A stretch of 64,000 bases of DNA from Botryllus schlosseri (Eukaryota), in the NCBI GenBank assembly GCA_051294905.1, contig CM119386.1:10478001-10542000 (forward strand), read 5' to 3'. Both the position numbers and the translations under genes were made by a program. Shown here piece by piece: positions 12,801 to 24,800 of this stretch. The stretch's first letter is position 1; each line of letters starts with the position of its first letter. The notes below the pieces were generated by a model that saw only the letters and a list, made by a program, of their open reading frames with translations, searched no databases and had not been told where the DNA came from.

Positions 12801-15800
12801 ATAAGAAAGTAAAAAGCAAGGACGTGGTGCAACATGGAATCAGTTGACTGATGGTGCTGCGGGCCGTGAGCGATTTGAAAGTTTGAATCTGGCCCACGAC
12901 GTACTTTGAGTTTGACATCCCTGGCAAAGGGTTTTTATTTTACTAGTGGCAGCCGGGGCAAGATTTCCGATGAGATAAAAAATTAGGGTATTGTGCGTTA
13001 CTCCTATTGTGCACCATATGTCAATCCATGTCGTGGATTTTTCATTTTCATGCATTGTGCCGACTGTACACAGAGATTTACTGGAAATGTGATGGCAATA
13101 TTGATACTGACAATGCTGATACTGCCGTTATTGGCGATTGGAGATTGCATCCCCCATACTGCTACCTGTTTGGGAGTCAGACCATGCAATGGGAGGAAGC
13201 TGAGGCAGAGTGTGTGAGGCTGGGCGGTCATCTCGCAAGCATTCATAATTCAGATCAACAGTCCTTCATTGCTGGTGAGTGGAGCGCACTTTCACAATTG
13301 CCTACGTGCTATATTCATCAACCTATTCCTTGTCATCGTGTGATAGTCTGGAGGCGACCACCACAGGTTTTACTTAGTTACATTTCTATTTCACAGCACA
13401 TTTATTGGGGCAGACTTGGATCGGTTTGAATGACAAACAACTAGAAGGAACTTATAAATGGACAGACAACACACCCTTTGTAAGTGGTTTATGTATTCGG
13501 GGTACTTAGATCTGAATACTGACTCCAGGGTTATTATCGAATGGACGAGTTGCGACTATCATAACTCTGGAACTAATCGGAACTTCAGAGAGTACAATTT
13601 CTTTACCTAAAATATGCTATATTATACTAAAAACAGACAAATGGTTACTTGATAATCCGCTAAATTACGACGATCATTTGGCTACTGGTAGCTGGTAACT
13701 AATGCAGAGTTCTTTTGTTGCGCAAGAATTTCTCTAACTGGCAACAAGGAGAGCCTAATAATGCCAGTCCTGATGAAAACTGTGTCCATTCGTGGGCTAA
13801 CGAGAATGCGGGATGGAATGACGAAGCTTGCACACGTGGCGACCGAACTTACGTGTGCAAAACCGATGCCGGTGCCTACTAACATACCTCATCATCTGTA
13901 GAGTCACCTGTTCTAATCATGTGTGCTGCATAATCCTGCATTATTGCATGCCATGGTAGCGTTCTTTGACTGACGTAGAGTAGAAATTAACTCGCTTTAA
14001 TTGGTCATGAATTGTAATTGATCGTTTGAAGCCTTCTGCGATCACCCACTACCTCACAAAAGTCACTGTATGAAATAATACTATATCTCTCCATTAAGTA
14101 CCAGTAATTGACTTGATAAGGAAGCCAAAAATGGGAGGAATCAATTGAAAAGCTGTTTTGAAGATATTACTAATCAGATTGCTTGGTTAGTCGTCTTTCA
14201 TATTTTTAGGGATGATATGAGTTTAGGGAGATAGTGTAATGGTGATGCCACCGGCTTCTTGATCAGTAGGTCGTGGGTTCGATCCCCGGCTGGGTCAGAC
14301 CAAAGACTCGAAAACTGGTGTCCGCGGCTATCCTGCTAGGCGCTCAGCAATCACGGATAGCATGGAGGAGAAAAATGGGGGTGCAGACCAGATGACCTTA
14401 CTATAAAGGCCGTATCATATCTCCGTCGTCAAAGCATCACGATGGTGCAGATGAAAAAGAATATCGTCTCTTTCTCTCACTCTCTCTCTCTTCATGTTCT
14501 CATTATCCAGCCAGCTTAAATAGTGAGTGGGTAACGGACTGGCTCTGACATGTAATATATACTGCTTTCTATCAATGTTAGTAAATATTCACCTCATATG
14601 TAAAATAGGAAATCATACATATTTCAAATTCTTTTTGGGATAAGTGTGTCTTAGGAGAGGACAAGACTGTCTGAAAGATTGGTGTAATGGCAATGGCATG
14701 AATAAATGCTTTCATGGCACTGAAACGAATTCAATATTGAATTATATGTCATTGTTCCACGAAAATGACCACATGTTAAGCTAATGTCTCTTCCGTGGAC
14801 AAGAAGAGCAAATAGATGCATATCAGGCATCACAGTAAATATGTAATATGGAAACGGATAATGCTGGTTAATCACAAACGCCGATCCCCGCGACACGTAC
14901 CTCGCATACTCGCATACTTTCCAGAACTTTACTAATTGGAAAGTCGCTAACGTGCCCCAGCCAGATCAGGACGGAGATTGTGTGCGGATCATTGGAGTTG
15001 ATACCGATAATGCGTGGGGCCAGTGGAACGATCGCCCTTGTTCAGAAACAATTCGATTCGCCTGCCAAAAGAACGCCGGTACTGGGCTGCACAGAAACAA
15101 TTCCGCAGCGTGTAGAATCCGCGTGCTTGATCCTGTGACATTAATACTTTAATCGAATTCCTTGAAATTTCAAATCAAGATAAATTAATTTTGCCTTTAT
15201 TGATCGGCCGACAATTGGAATTTGATGAAGAAATTGTAAAAAACAATTATGCTTGGTTGATTGTGACTTGTGAATATGGAATAACTAAATCAATATCCTT
15301 ATAGTGAATGAACTGATGCATATAACAGATTTTGTATGGTCATGGTCATGATCGTTCTCAGTGGGGCAGCTCGAAATATTTTTCACAATAGACGTCCAAT
15401 TTTGTTGTATTTCGAATCCATTACAGCATGAAACGTAGCCCCAAACTCCACATGACACCCACACACTGCACTCAGCATAACCATCTGGAACTTGCATGGT
15501 GTAATCAAATCTTGATTTCAATATCTTGCGGCTCATAACCGTATGCTGAACCTGAATTCTTTTTCAGTACATCTTGCCGAACCTCAGCCAGTGCCTACTC
15601 TACCACGTAAGTCATTTATCGTATATCAAATTAAATACAAGACCGATATACGTATCCGTAGAAATACAAGCATCAAACTACTCAGGTCGATATTTATAAA
15701 CCTTTCCAATGACGTCATCACTCCTGCAAATATTCCAAAGTGACAGATCCTTCGCTACTGCTGGATTGATTTATAAGGACATGGAGCTCACTTCTTGCTG

Positions 15801-18800
15801 AAAATGATAAATAGTTGTGTTTATTGAACTACAATATACGGCTGTTGGGGTTTGATTGTAAATAAAAAAAAGGTTTATCCGGTATATGTTTTTCAAATTA
15901 CCATTGCTAATATATAAGTTCTCATTACAATGATTTTCAACTCTTCTACTCATCCTCACAATCCACTAAATCAGTGAAATATATCATATTGGCCCATTAA
16001 CGTTCAATGAAAAACACCAAGTTTCAACAGAATGATCAAATGAAAATTCATTCGAACAAATGAGAAGGTTGTTGGCTGGATTTTGTCCACAAGATTGAGC
16101 AGCTTATGTCAGCTAATATCAAGTATGTTGTGTAGTTTGAAATTTATGTTAAACAGGGATGAGAATCCTGACTTCCACAACCATGTTGGGGTGAAATAAT
16201 ACATTTTTCATATAACAATATGACAATTTTTGCTGATATGCGGGTATAATGAAGACGCTTGGATGCAAAATGCAGTGTCAGACACATCTTGAAATAACGC
16301 AAGGCCTGAATCATTTCCAAGGTCAATTATCTCCTCACAATTGAGAAAGGAATTAAATTTAGTCTGTAGGGTGTCTACATGCACTTTTAGTTAATCTCTA
16401 ATCTCATCATCCACATCTGACAAACATACGAAACTGTTAAACATCTGAAACTTTACGTCACCAATTGCTCACCTTCTCAACAAATATCAAGGTTTATAGC
16501 AGAACCAGAACTGCTACAATTGTAAGCAAAATGATTAGGTAGAGCTTGTACGCTATTAACCTGTCGAACCCTTGTGTTCTTAACATGATATCTGATGTGA
16601 TATCACTGTATACCATACAAAGACTATTGCCTGCTGAAAGCAGCGTCATGATCCATAGGTTTAAAATCCCTATTGTAAAATGTCACATTCTAATATTAGC
16701 AGAAAATATCGGCTTTATTGCGAAAAGTCTCTTACTTCGGTAACGGCTCAAGATTCCGATATCTGTCTGGGTCTAATTATGCTGTCAACTTTACAGCCGA
16801 CGCGAACACTATTCAGTGTGGCACCGACGGATACTTTCACTACCCTGGGACTAACAAGTGTTATAAAATCGTGCAGGACTATTCAAGGTATAATCGAGCG
16901 AGATAAGTTTTGCGTTTTTTTCCGATATTCATACCAGTATGTGTTGTTACAGAACTTGGCAAGAAGCAAGGTTGGACTGTATGAAGGAAGGCGGTGACTT
17001 GGCCAGCGTTAACTCACCGAGCGAGCAATCTTTCCTTGAATGTAACAAAATGGCTTCATGAATCTCTCATCGGCGGTTGAAATATGTTGATATTTTTTCG
17101 AAGTGAACGCTGCGTTAGCCACGAAACAGATCGCTTTATGGATTGGCGCTGAAGACTCGAAAAGCGGGCTGATCAGCGCGCCTGTGGTTGATATTACGGA
17201 TGGAGGATGGAGGTGGTCTGACGGTTCGCCATTTAACTACATCAACTGGAATCCTGGTAAGCAAAATGATGATATGGTAACACAGTACTTCTAGCTACTT
17301 GACCGTTTTTAGGCACAACTACTTCCTTTTAATACTTCGTATTTTGAAAGTATCAATTGGCTTGGAGATAATTTTGGATTGATTTTGTGTGGTGATATTG
17401 TTGCTAGTGTCCATAAAGACTCGCAATTTGTAGAGCCAGGTCTTAGAATACAAAGATTGAGTTACTTATTCAGATTTATGATCGTCTATTACCATCTTAG
17501 TATAGAATTCAAAGTGTCAGAGAACTGCAATGCTTTTAAAGTGCAAGTCAAACCACTTGACAAAGTTCTTCATTCAAACGCCCATCTCCGCCTAGGGGCC
17601 TCCTGTAGTAAGTAGATGTTAATCAAATGAGATGTGCAAGAAATTCCAAAACGTAGCATACAAATGAACTTTCAATGAAAAGGACCAGATGCTAGTCTGC
17701 ATGAAGTGCAGGTAACTTTGACATGACATACCGTAATTTGGTAGTCTCAGACTCAAGCTAGTATTGATTCATCAACATGCAGCCCGCAACTTCAGTTATG
17801 GTTGTTACTTTAGTATAATGCACGTCATTATATGTGGTGCTTCGAAGCGCTGAATCTATTCTAATTTCCAGGCGAACCTAATAACGTGAACAACGAGGAC
17901 TGTGTTGAAATGCAAGTTTACGGTGGCAGATGGAACGATTTGAAGTGTACCGACTACCGGGGATACATTTGCGAGAAAGTAGACGAGGACTAGTAAGCTA
18001 GCACTCTTTCATCTGCGTAATGTATGAAATAAAACGCCATATCACTTCCCGAATCAATAGCACCAAGCCTACACCAGCATCTAACTTTAATGTCAATTGA
18101 AACTGATTTGATGTGGATACTTTGATTTTACATGTGTAAACCAGTACCCTACAAAGTTTGACGAATTTATCCAGGTAAATAATGTAAATGTTTTTATTGT
18201 ATCATTTTGCTTTAATAGGATAGCAGCGCAGTTCCGTTGACATCATCAATATTGCTTATAGGCATTTGCTAAATAACTACCTGTGGGATGACCTTGTCTT
18301 TTCCTTTGCTTTGCATCAGCTCTACACCTGCGCCTACTAGTGACTGTAATGGGGTTGATTGTTGCTATCGTCATCTCGGTGTAGAAAAAGGTGGAGCTAT
18401 CGGCAACAGGCAGCTGACTGCTTCGTCACAGATGGATAGCGCCTCAGGACCGGACAGAGGCCGGTTGAACACCTACGATCAATACATGTGAGTAGCGCGA
18501 TGTACTACACATTCTCAACTTGTTTCGCCATTCAATTTAAGATGTCAAGGAACAGTGCTCAGACCATAGCCTGTGAATAAATAGAGAATGCTCTTAACCA
18601 ACTAAATCAATCTACGTGAGAGATTGTTGGTGATTATATTTGAGGGATTTTCATATGGAAATGATTCCTTTCCATTGCTTTACATTGTAAAAAGGTATTT
18701 TATTGTTGAATTTACAGGCACATGGGTAGATGTGTACGTGGATTCCTTGGACCTGGTTATTCGAAGGATTAGGGATCTATTGATGTTGATATTGATTGTA

Positions 18801-21800
18801 TTAATGTGTTTATGTATTGGAGGGGGTTTTTGTCGAAACTTCCATTTCGAAATAGAAACCATTTCCTTTTGTAATGACGATTCAATCTCCAAGATTTCTT
18901 CGCTCATTTGTAGTTCAGCAAATCGTAGCACAACACATTGTTCTGTTTCGACTGAAAATGTGATACATTCTCTCATGTAACTCATCGTTCTTCTGGATGA
19001 ATTAGTTGTAAGAAATTAGGACATGTTGCAGTGGATTTTCTCACTTGTGACTCCTGTCAGGCTGCCAAATATCCAGAATTGATCTACAGTGGTGCGCGAT
19101 ATCCCGCTTTGGTTTGCATATTCATTGCTACACGAAATAGAGTGATTGCCGCCTCCCGCTCTGTAGTAATCTTACTTGTAAAAGAAATGACATCTTTCTT
19201 TCTCTTATTTTTATCGTAGCATGCAAAAATGTAGCCTATTCTGACGTATATCACGAGGAAGCTGAAATCTGATTATCGGCTGTAACGCAACTACTTGATC
19301 CGAATGAATTGATGCAACCCCAGAGCGAAATTGGTGGCAACGTCACACGCAAATTTCCATTTAATTACCTGTACTTCATTATTCTATGCAAGAAACCCTT
19401 CTGTCACACACAACTTATTGCTGCAAACCACCACTGTTTCCAGTCTGGATACTACCTTAGTAAACTTGTATACGTATCAACCCCCCCTTTTCTCTTGACT
19501 GGGTACAAGCCTGGTATTAGTGACGATTGCAGAATGAACTATGTATCACAATGATTTTGGCGATAGGCTTGAAGTAAACATTCACGAGCCTTGGCCCTTT
19601 CACTTCGAGTCATTACGGTGTATTCACACTTCAGCCAGCTTGTCAATCTTGGCCCTGGAAAAGGTGGCTGGATCGTGGACGATGATGCACAGAAACAGGA
19701 ACCTCAGTGGATCCAAGTGGATCTGGAAGAATTTTACGAAGTCCGTGGTGTCATAACGCAGGTACCACTGATTGCTGATCAATCGTTCGTAGGTACACTT
19801 TAAAACTCAGTTTCTGTCAGGGTCTAAATGGACTCAGCCAGCCCGTGAATCAAAACAGGTGGACAAAAACGATCTCGGTACAGTACAAGACTCACAAAGA
19901 GGAAGACGTCTGGGAATGGGTTCGTGACTCGTTGGGAAACAAAAAGGTGAGATGACTACGACAAATTGAGAGTAGGGCTGAGCACGATGATTCGAGCATG
20001 GTACTCAAATCTAAATCGAGTATTGATTATCTAGAATCGAGTAGAGTAGTGCGATGTGACTTTTTCAAGTGATGAAATATAACTCTCTTTGCCACATTTC
20101 ATCAACTAGAATTATAGCTTCAATACTTTTTTGTCACCACAGAAGCCTTAAAACCATACCGGCATCCAAAAACACGTAGCACACTTGGATGGAAGCGGCA
20201 TTTCTATGAAGCAGTGATTGATAATCAGCGAAAACACCAAATTCTCTTCAAGTATTATAACTGGGATTGGTTTATTTGTGATCACTAGGTCGATTTTTTT
20301 ACCTAAAAAACGGAAGATTTTTACCCAAAAAATCAAATTTTGACATTTTCGACCTTGAAAAATGTAATTTTGACGAAATTTTGTCCTCATGCATGTAAAA
20401 TATGTTCCCGCACATAATGTTGGAAATGCGCTACTTATCTTCATTTTTTGTTGGAACTGTCTGACCTTGCGAAGTAGTTTGACCTGAAAAAACTTTTTTG
20501 AATTAAAAACCGACAAATTTTTCATGAAAAAACTTTGTTTTACCGAAATCTGGACGGATGAAGAATTCCAGTATTTCGAATTTGTAAACAATTTTGTCAA
20601 TTTTTTGACCCAACACTACAATTTTGACAAAATTGAGACTTATTTTGGCATATAAAAAAAAAACCAACCTATTGATCACATAAAAGTTACATATTTGAAC
20701 TTACCTAGTCAGTCATGCAGTTATGATTTAATAACAAGTGTTATTCGAATCGACTCTAAACCTAATACTCGATTCGGAATCGAGTCTCTCAGGTACTCGG
20801 TTTTGTCCCGCCCCAATCAGTATGCGAATGATCGCGAACCTGAATTTTACTTTCATCTTGCAGATTTTCGATGCCAACCACGATCAAAACACGCAAGTCA
20901 CCAACATATTTGAGCGTCCGGTCATGGCTACAGGAATTCGCATTTACACCGAGTCTTGTCGATTGGGGTGTGCGCTCAGATTTGAAGTCGTGGGATGCAA
21001 GCCACAGTGAGTCTAGTCACAGAAATTTATAATGATGTCACTGTCATTGATCGAATATTTTTTGGATGTTTTTTTCCAGATGCGCAGACTCGTTGGTGGT
21101 TCAGAATGACGGAACTTACCCCGTGGTGCCGGACACGTCGTACGCTGCGTCGTCATCTATGTCTGGTTCGGGGCCTGAGCTGAGCAAATTGGATTATACT
21201 GAATCAAGTAACTCAAAATTAGGATTAGTTACGCTAGACTTGCAGACTGTAAGTGTAATTTTGTGTTCTCTGTGGGTTTGATGGTTGGTACTATCAACAT
21301 AGACCAGCGGTTCTTAACCTGATTTTTTAACTAACCCCACGGGTTTGGTGGAGGTCAAGACACACGCCCGACTCACACAGCAGAATCCACACACATTTGC
21401 AGTAAATATTCGTTATAACATCTTCTGTTTTATGAGAAAATCACGTTTTAATGGTTGTTGCTGACGTTGTTGATGCACAGTTCATTTTATGTACTATTAT
21501 TTTATAGTTATGATATTAGATGTGGTAGTTTTTTTCATAACTCTAAAAATTTTGGGCTCACCACAGGCTTGTCGATTAGTGTAAGGGCTCGCCAGGTAGG
21601 TAAAAGGTTAAAACCACGGAGTAGGTTTTGGTTTATTGCATTACTTTTTCTAGTGGTTATTCTGTGGACAACTTTCATTGGAGAACTAGGGCAAACAGCT
21701 CAACAATATCACATCTGTGTTTATATAACAGCAGGCGCATCAGGATGTTGGAAGCCAGCTACCAACGATAAAAACCAATGGATTCAGCTGGATCTCGGCC

Positions 21801-24800
21801 AGCCGATGAAGGTGCGATACGCCCGTTATAATTTGACCTGGTTCATTTGACTTCCGAATTCTTTGTCTAGATCGCGGGGATCTTGACACAGGGAAATCCG
21901 AGTGCCCAACAATACGTTACTGAATATTACATGCAATTCAGCGATAATGGGGCAACGTTCACGACATATCTCAACACCGACGGGAATTCTCAGGTACGGT
22001 TTAGGTTGGCGTGTTTCTAATCATTCAAGGTAGTGTTGTCAGTGCTGTGATTAGGATATACACTCAAATGAACTCGCTTCCCATGACATGCCGCCCTATT
22101 TCTTGTCGCTTTCTTTTTCTATACCATCTTCTTTACTTTCATTCAGTGTGCATGCCTCCTCTTTACATCGCCTAGGCCAAGGTGGGTGTCAGATTCCATA
22201 GACTACTCCTTGTCGCTTCGACATCTTCCTGTCTTTTCATTGTATCGCATTTTTTGTGGTGTATTGAACTGATAAAATTGCTAATAAACCAATGATGAAA
22301 TGATGATGATGAACTGTCGTTCGCATGTAAATCGGCAAACCTTAACTCAAATGTTTTGTCAGTCAATTGACCATCATCAGCAATGTCATTTGAATGAAAT
22401 GTCACCGAAATGAAACTGAATGTGAACTATTTGTCGCTCTAAGGAACACCGTTGTAAGTTGTCACTTTAATGACCTGTCAATCGAATCAGTTTTCACTCA
22501 GTTCATAGGCTACCCGTTGCGTGCCAATAATGACTACCGTATTTTTATTCATGTGCTGTGCAATTCAAATAGTGAACACTATTGCCTAGGTCAAGTCTAT
22601 AGTCGTGGTGACATTTACAGGAATCCAAATTGTCGGTGACAAAATTACGACAATAATCTGGAAATACCTGAAGAATAAGCGACTCGCTGTGACTGCTTCC
22701 ATTGGTTCTTTTGCAGTTGTTCCCGGCCAATAGGAATCAAAGGTCAATCAGCGAAGGATTTTTACGAGAACCTATCACGACCCGATTTGTACGAATTTCG
22801 CCACAAGCTTGGTATAGCAGCATCGCCCTTCGGTTTGACGTTATCGGCTGCAACAACGAAGGTTGGTACTTCGTATTATCACTTATTCTTGGTTGTTAGC
22901 GAAATATAGGGCGGGGCTCAATGATTCGAGTACTGAAAGGTCATTAAGTAGTATATAAATCGATGAAAATTATAGTTTTGATACTTTTTTCTGCTGTACT
23001 AGCTTAAAAACCTCGTTCGTTCTCATAGTAGCATCCGAAACGTAATTTTTGTGAAGTAGTGATTGTATTACGAGTTGCATTGCGCTTTGTGCAAATGCTG
23101 TATCGAAAATTCCTAAATATCTTGTGATATAATTGGCAACATTTTCCACATGATCACATGAAAGTACACAATTGAACTTTCCAAATCATTCATACTGTTA
23201 TGACATTTATAACGACAGTACTGGAAGCCTAACACTTGATTTGGATCATTCGAGTACTTGATGTTGCTCAGCGACAGCGGTAAATAACTATATTATTCAG
23301 GGCTGAAGTAAAACGTGTTGAAATATTTCTAGTTTTGAAGATCTTCTTGGAGCTACAGAATTGCAATGTACAATTGAATAATATATTGATATTGAATAAA
23401 ACCTGGATATTTCTGGCTGACACTTGCCAGGGGATAATCATCAAGCCGCTAGTGGACCATTTCTATTTTTCTGCAGATCTGGTGACATGCAGTGATACGG
23501 CAGTTGCCAGACCGGACAGTTTCACAGTCGACTGCCCTGCCGGGTGTGATGTCACAACTGCCTCTGTTTACGGAACTGGAGTGTACGCAGAAGCCTCGTC
23601 AATTTGCGCAGCCGCTGTTCACGATGGGAGAATACTAGGTATTTATTTGCGATTTTTTTTAACCAACTGGTGTGGACTTCGCGTGCTGTTTTCTAGCGGA
23701 CCACGGCGGCACCGTAGATGTGAAAAAGACCACTGGCAAACAAAGTTACACAGGGTCATATGGTCATGGCGTGTCGTCGCAAGATTATGACAGCTCGGAA
23801 AATTCGTTCATTTTTCAAGGTACGGTAGTTGTGTTTGCTCGATTACAGAAGTACTTGACCTAGGGGCGCAAGAAGACTGTTTATTTGAGATTATGACAAT
23901 ATGGAGTCAGTGCTACCATGCATATTTAACCAAATCCCGCTGACATTGTTATCAAGATCTATAATTAACAATTTGGTACTCTGATCGATAACTTCCTTGG
24001 TGTCCTTTGGAATTTGCATCCAGTTTTTCTGTTTGTGGCTCGCAAGCCAGGTGATATGTTTTTGATGCCTTGTTCACAGCTGCGCAGTGCGCAGTCACTT
24101 GCTAGGCAAAGTGCTGATCGGTAAATTTCCCAATATGTCAGAATCCCGGTCTGCATTCTAGAAAACAATAGTTATTCCGTGCTAGCTTTCTTCACGAATC
24201 CAGTCCAATAAAACTCTGAATAATCATCCGTACACGGAAATCTGCTTTTATTAAATCGTCACTGCTACTCTGGTGCGACTTCGACTATACTACTTGAACT
24301 GTGTCACCGACTACAAGTCCGGCGCAACTAAAAATGCCGAACCGGACCAAGACGCACTCTGGACTGCAGATCCCGCTACTAACTACACAGTTAAATTGAA
24401 TCATGCTGAAAAAAGCGAATATGAAATGTTGGCAATGTGCAGTATACTCTCCTGTGTCTTACTGGGAAAGATGGTATGTTTCGCTCGCAATGTGTCTAAT
24501 GTGGCACCTTGGTAGCGCATACAAGTTGCGAACTTGTATGAGTGTTTCACTAAGAGACAAGGTTGTATAGGGCATCTCAATAGAAAATATGTCACCATCA
24601 AGAGGACCATCACTGTATTGCCATACTGTATGCAAAACAGGACTTTTTTTGTCTGCTACACTTGGAGAAGAAATAATGAATATTGTTGTTCACTCATTCC
24701 ATCAACGCGTCTTCACCAATTCTTGATACTGCTATGACACTCCGAAGGTGAAATTGGTCCTCTCTTATGACGCACGGTACTTAAAATTTATTTGCCGACC

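Noticed and set aside
13091-13217. Signal-peptide-like [17 protein letters not shown] in ORF 12993-13217
   Set aside because: It is the +1 frame of the real exon ([15 protein letters not shown]) and closes after a few codons; a frame-shifted Asp/Thr/Ala codon run gives hydrophobic residues by chance.
15079-15567. Docking-site/selector base-pairing (Dscam-like) around the alternative exons
   Set aside because: Only an 8-of-9-bp complement was seen by eye (about 15107-15115 with 15462-15470), which is not significant; this needs comparative folding.
16497-16527. Possible micro-exon (TAG/CAG...GTAAGC) in the CTLD4-5 linker intron
   Set aside because: The possible lengths (22 or 19 nt) are not multiples of three and would break the phase 1-1 junction.
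24273-24420. [10 protein letters not shown] segment resembling a decayed lectin loop
   Set aside because: No CTLD Cys/Trp framework and no suitable splice sites; probably chance.
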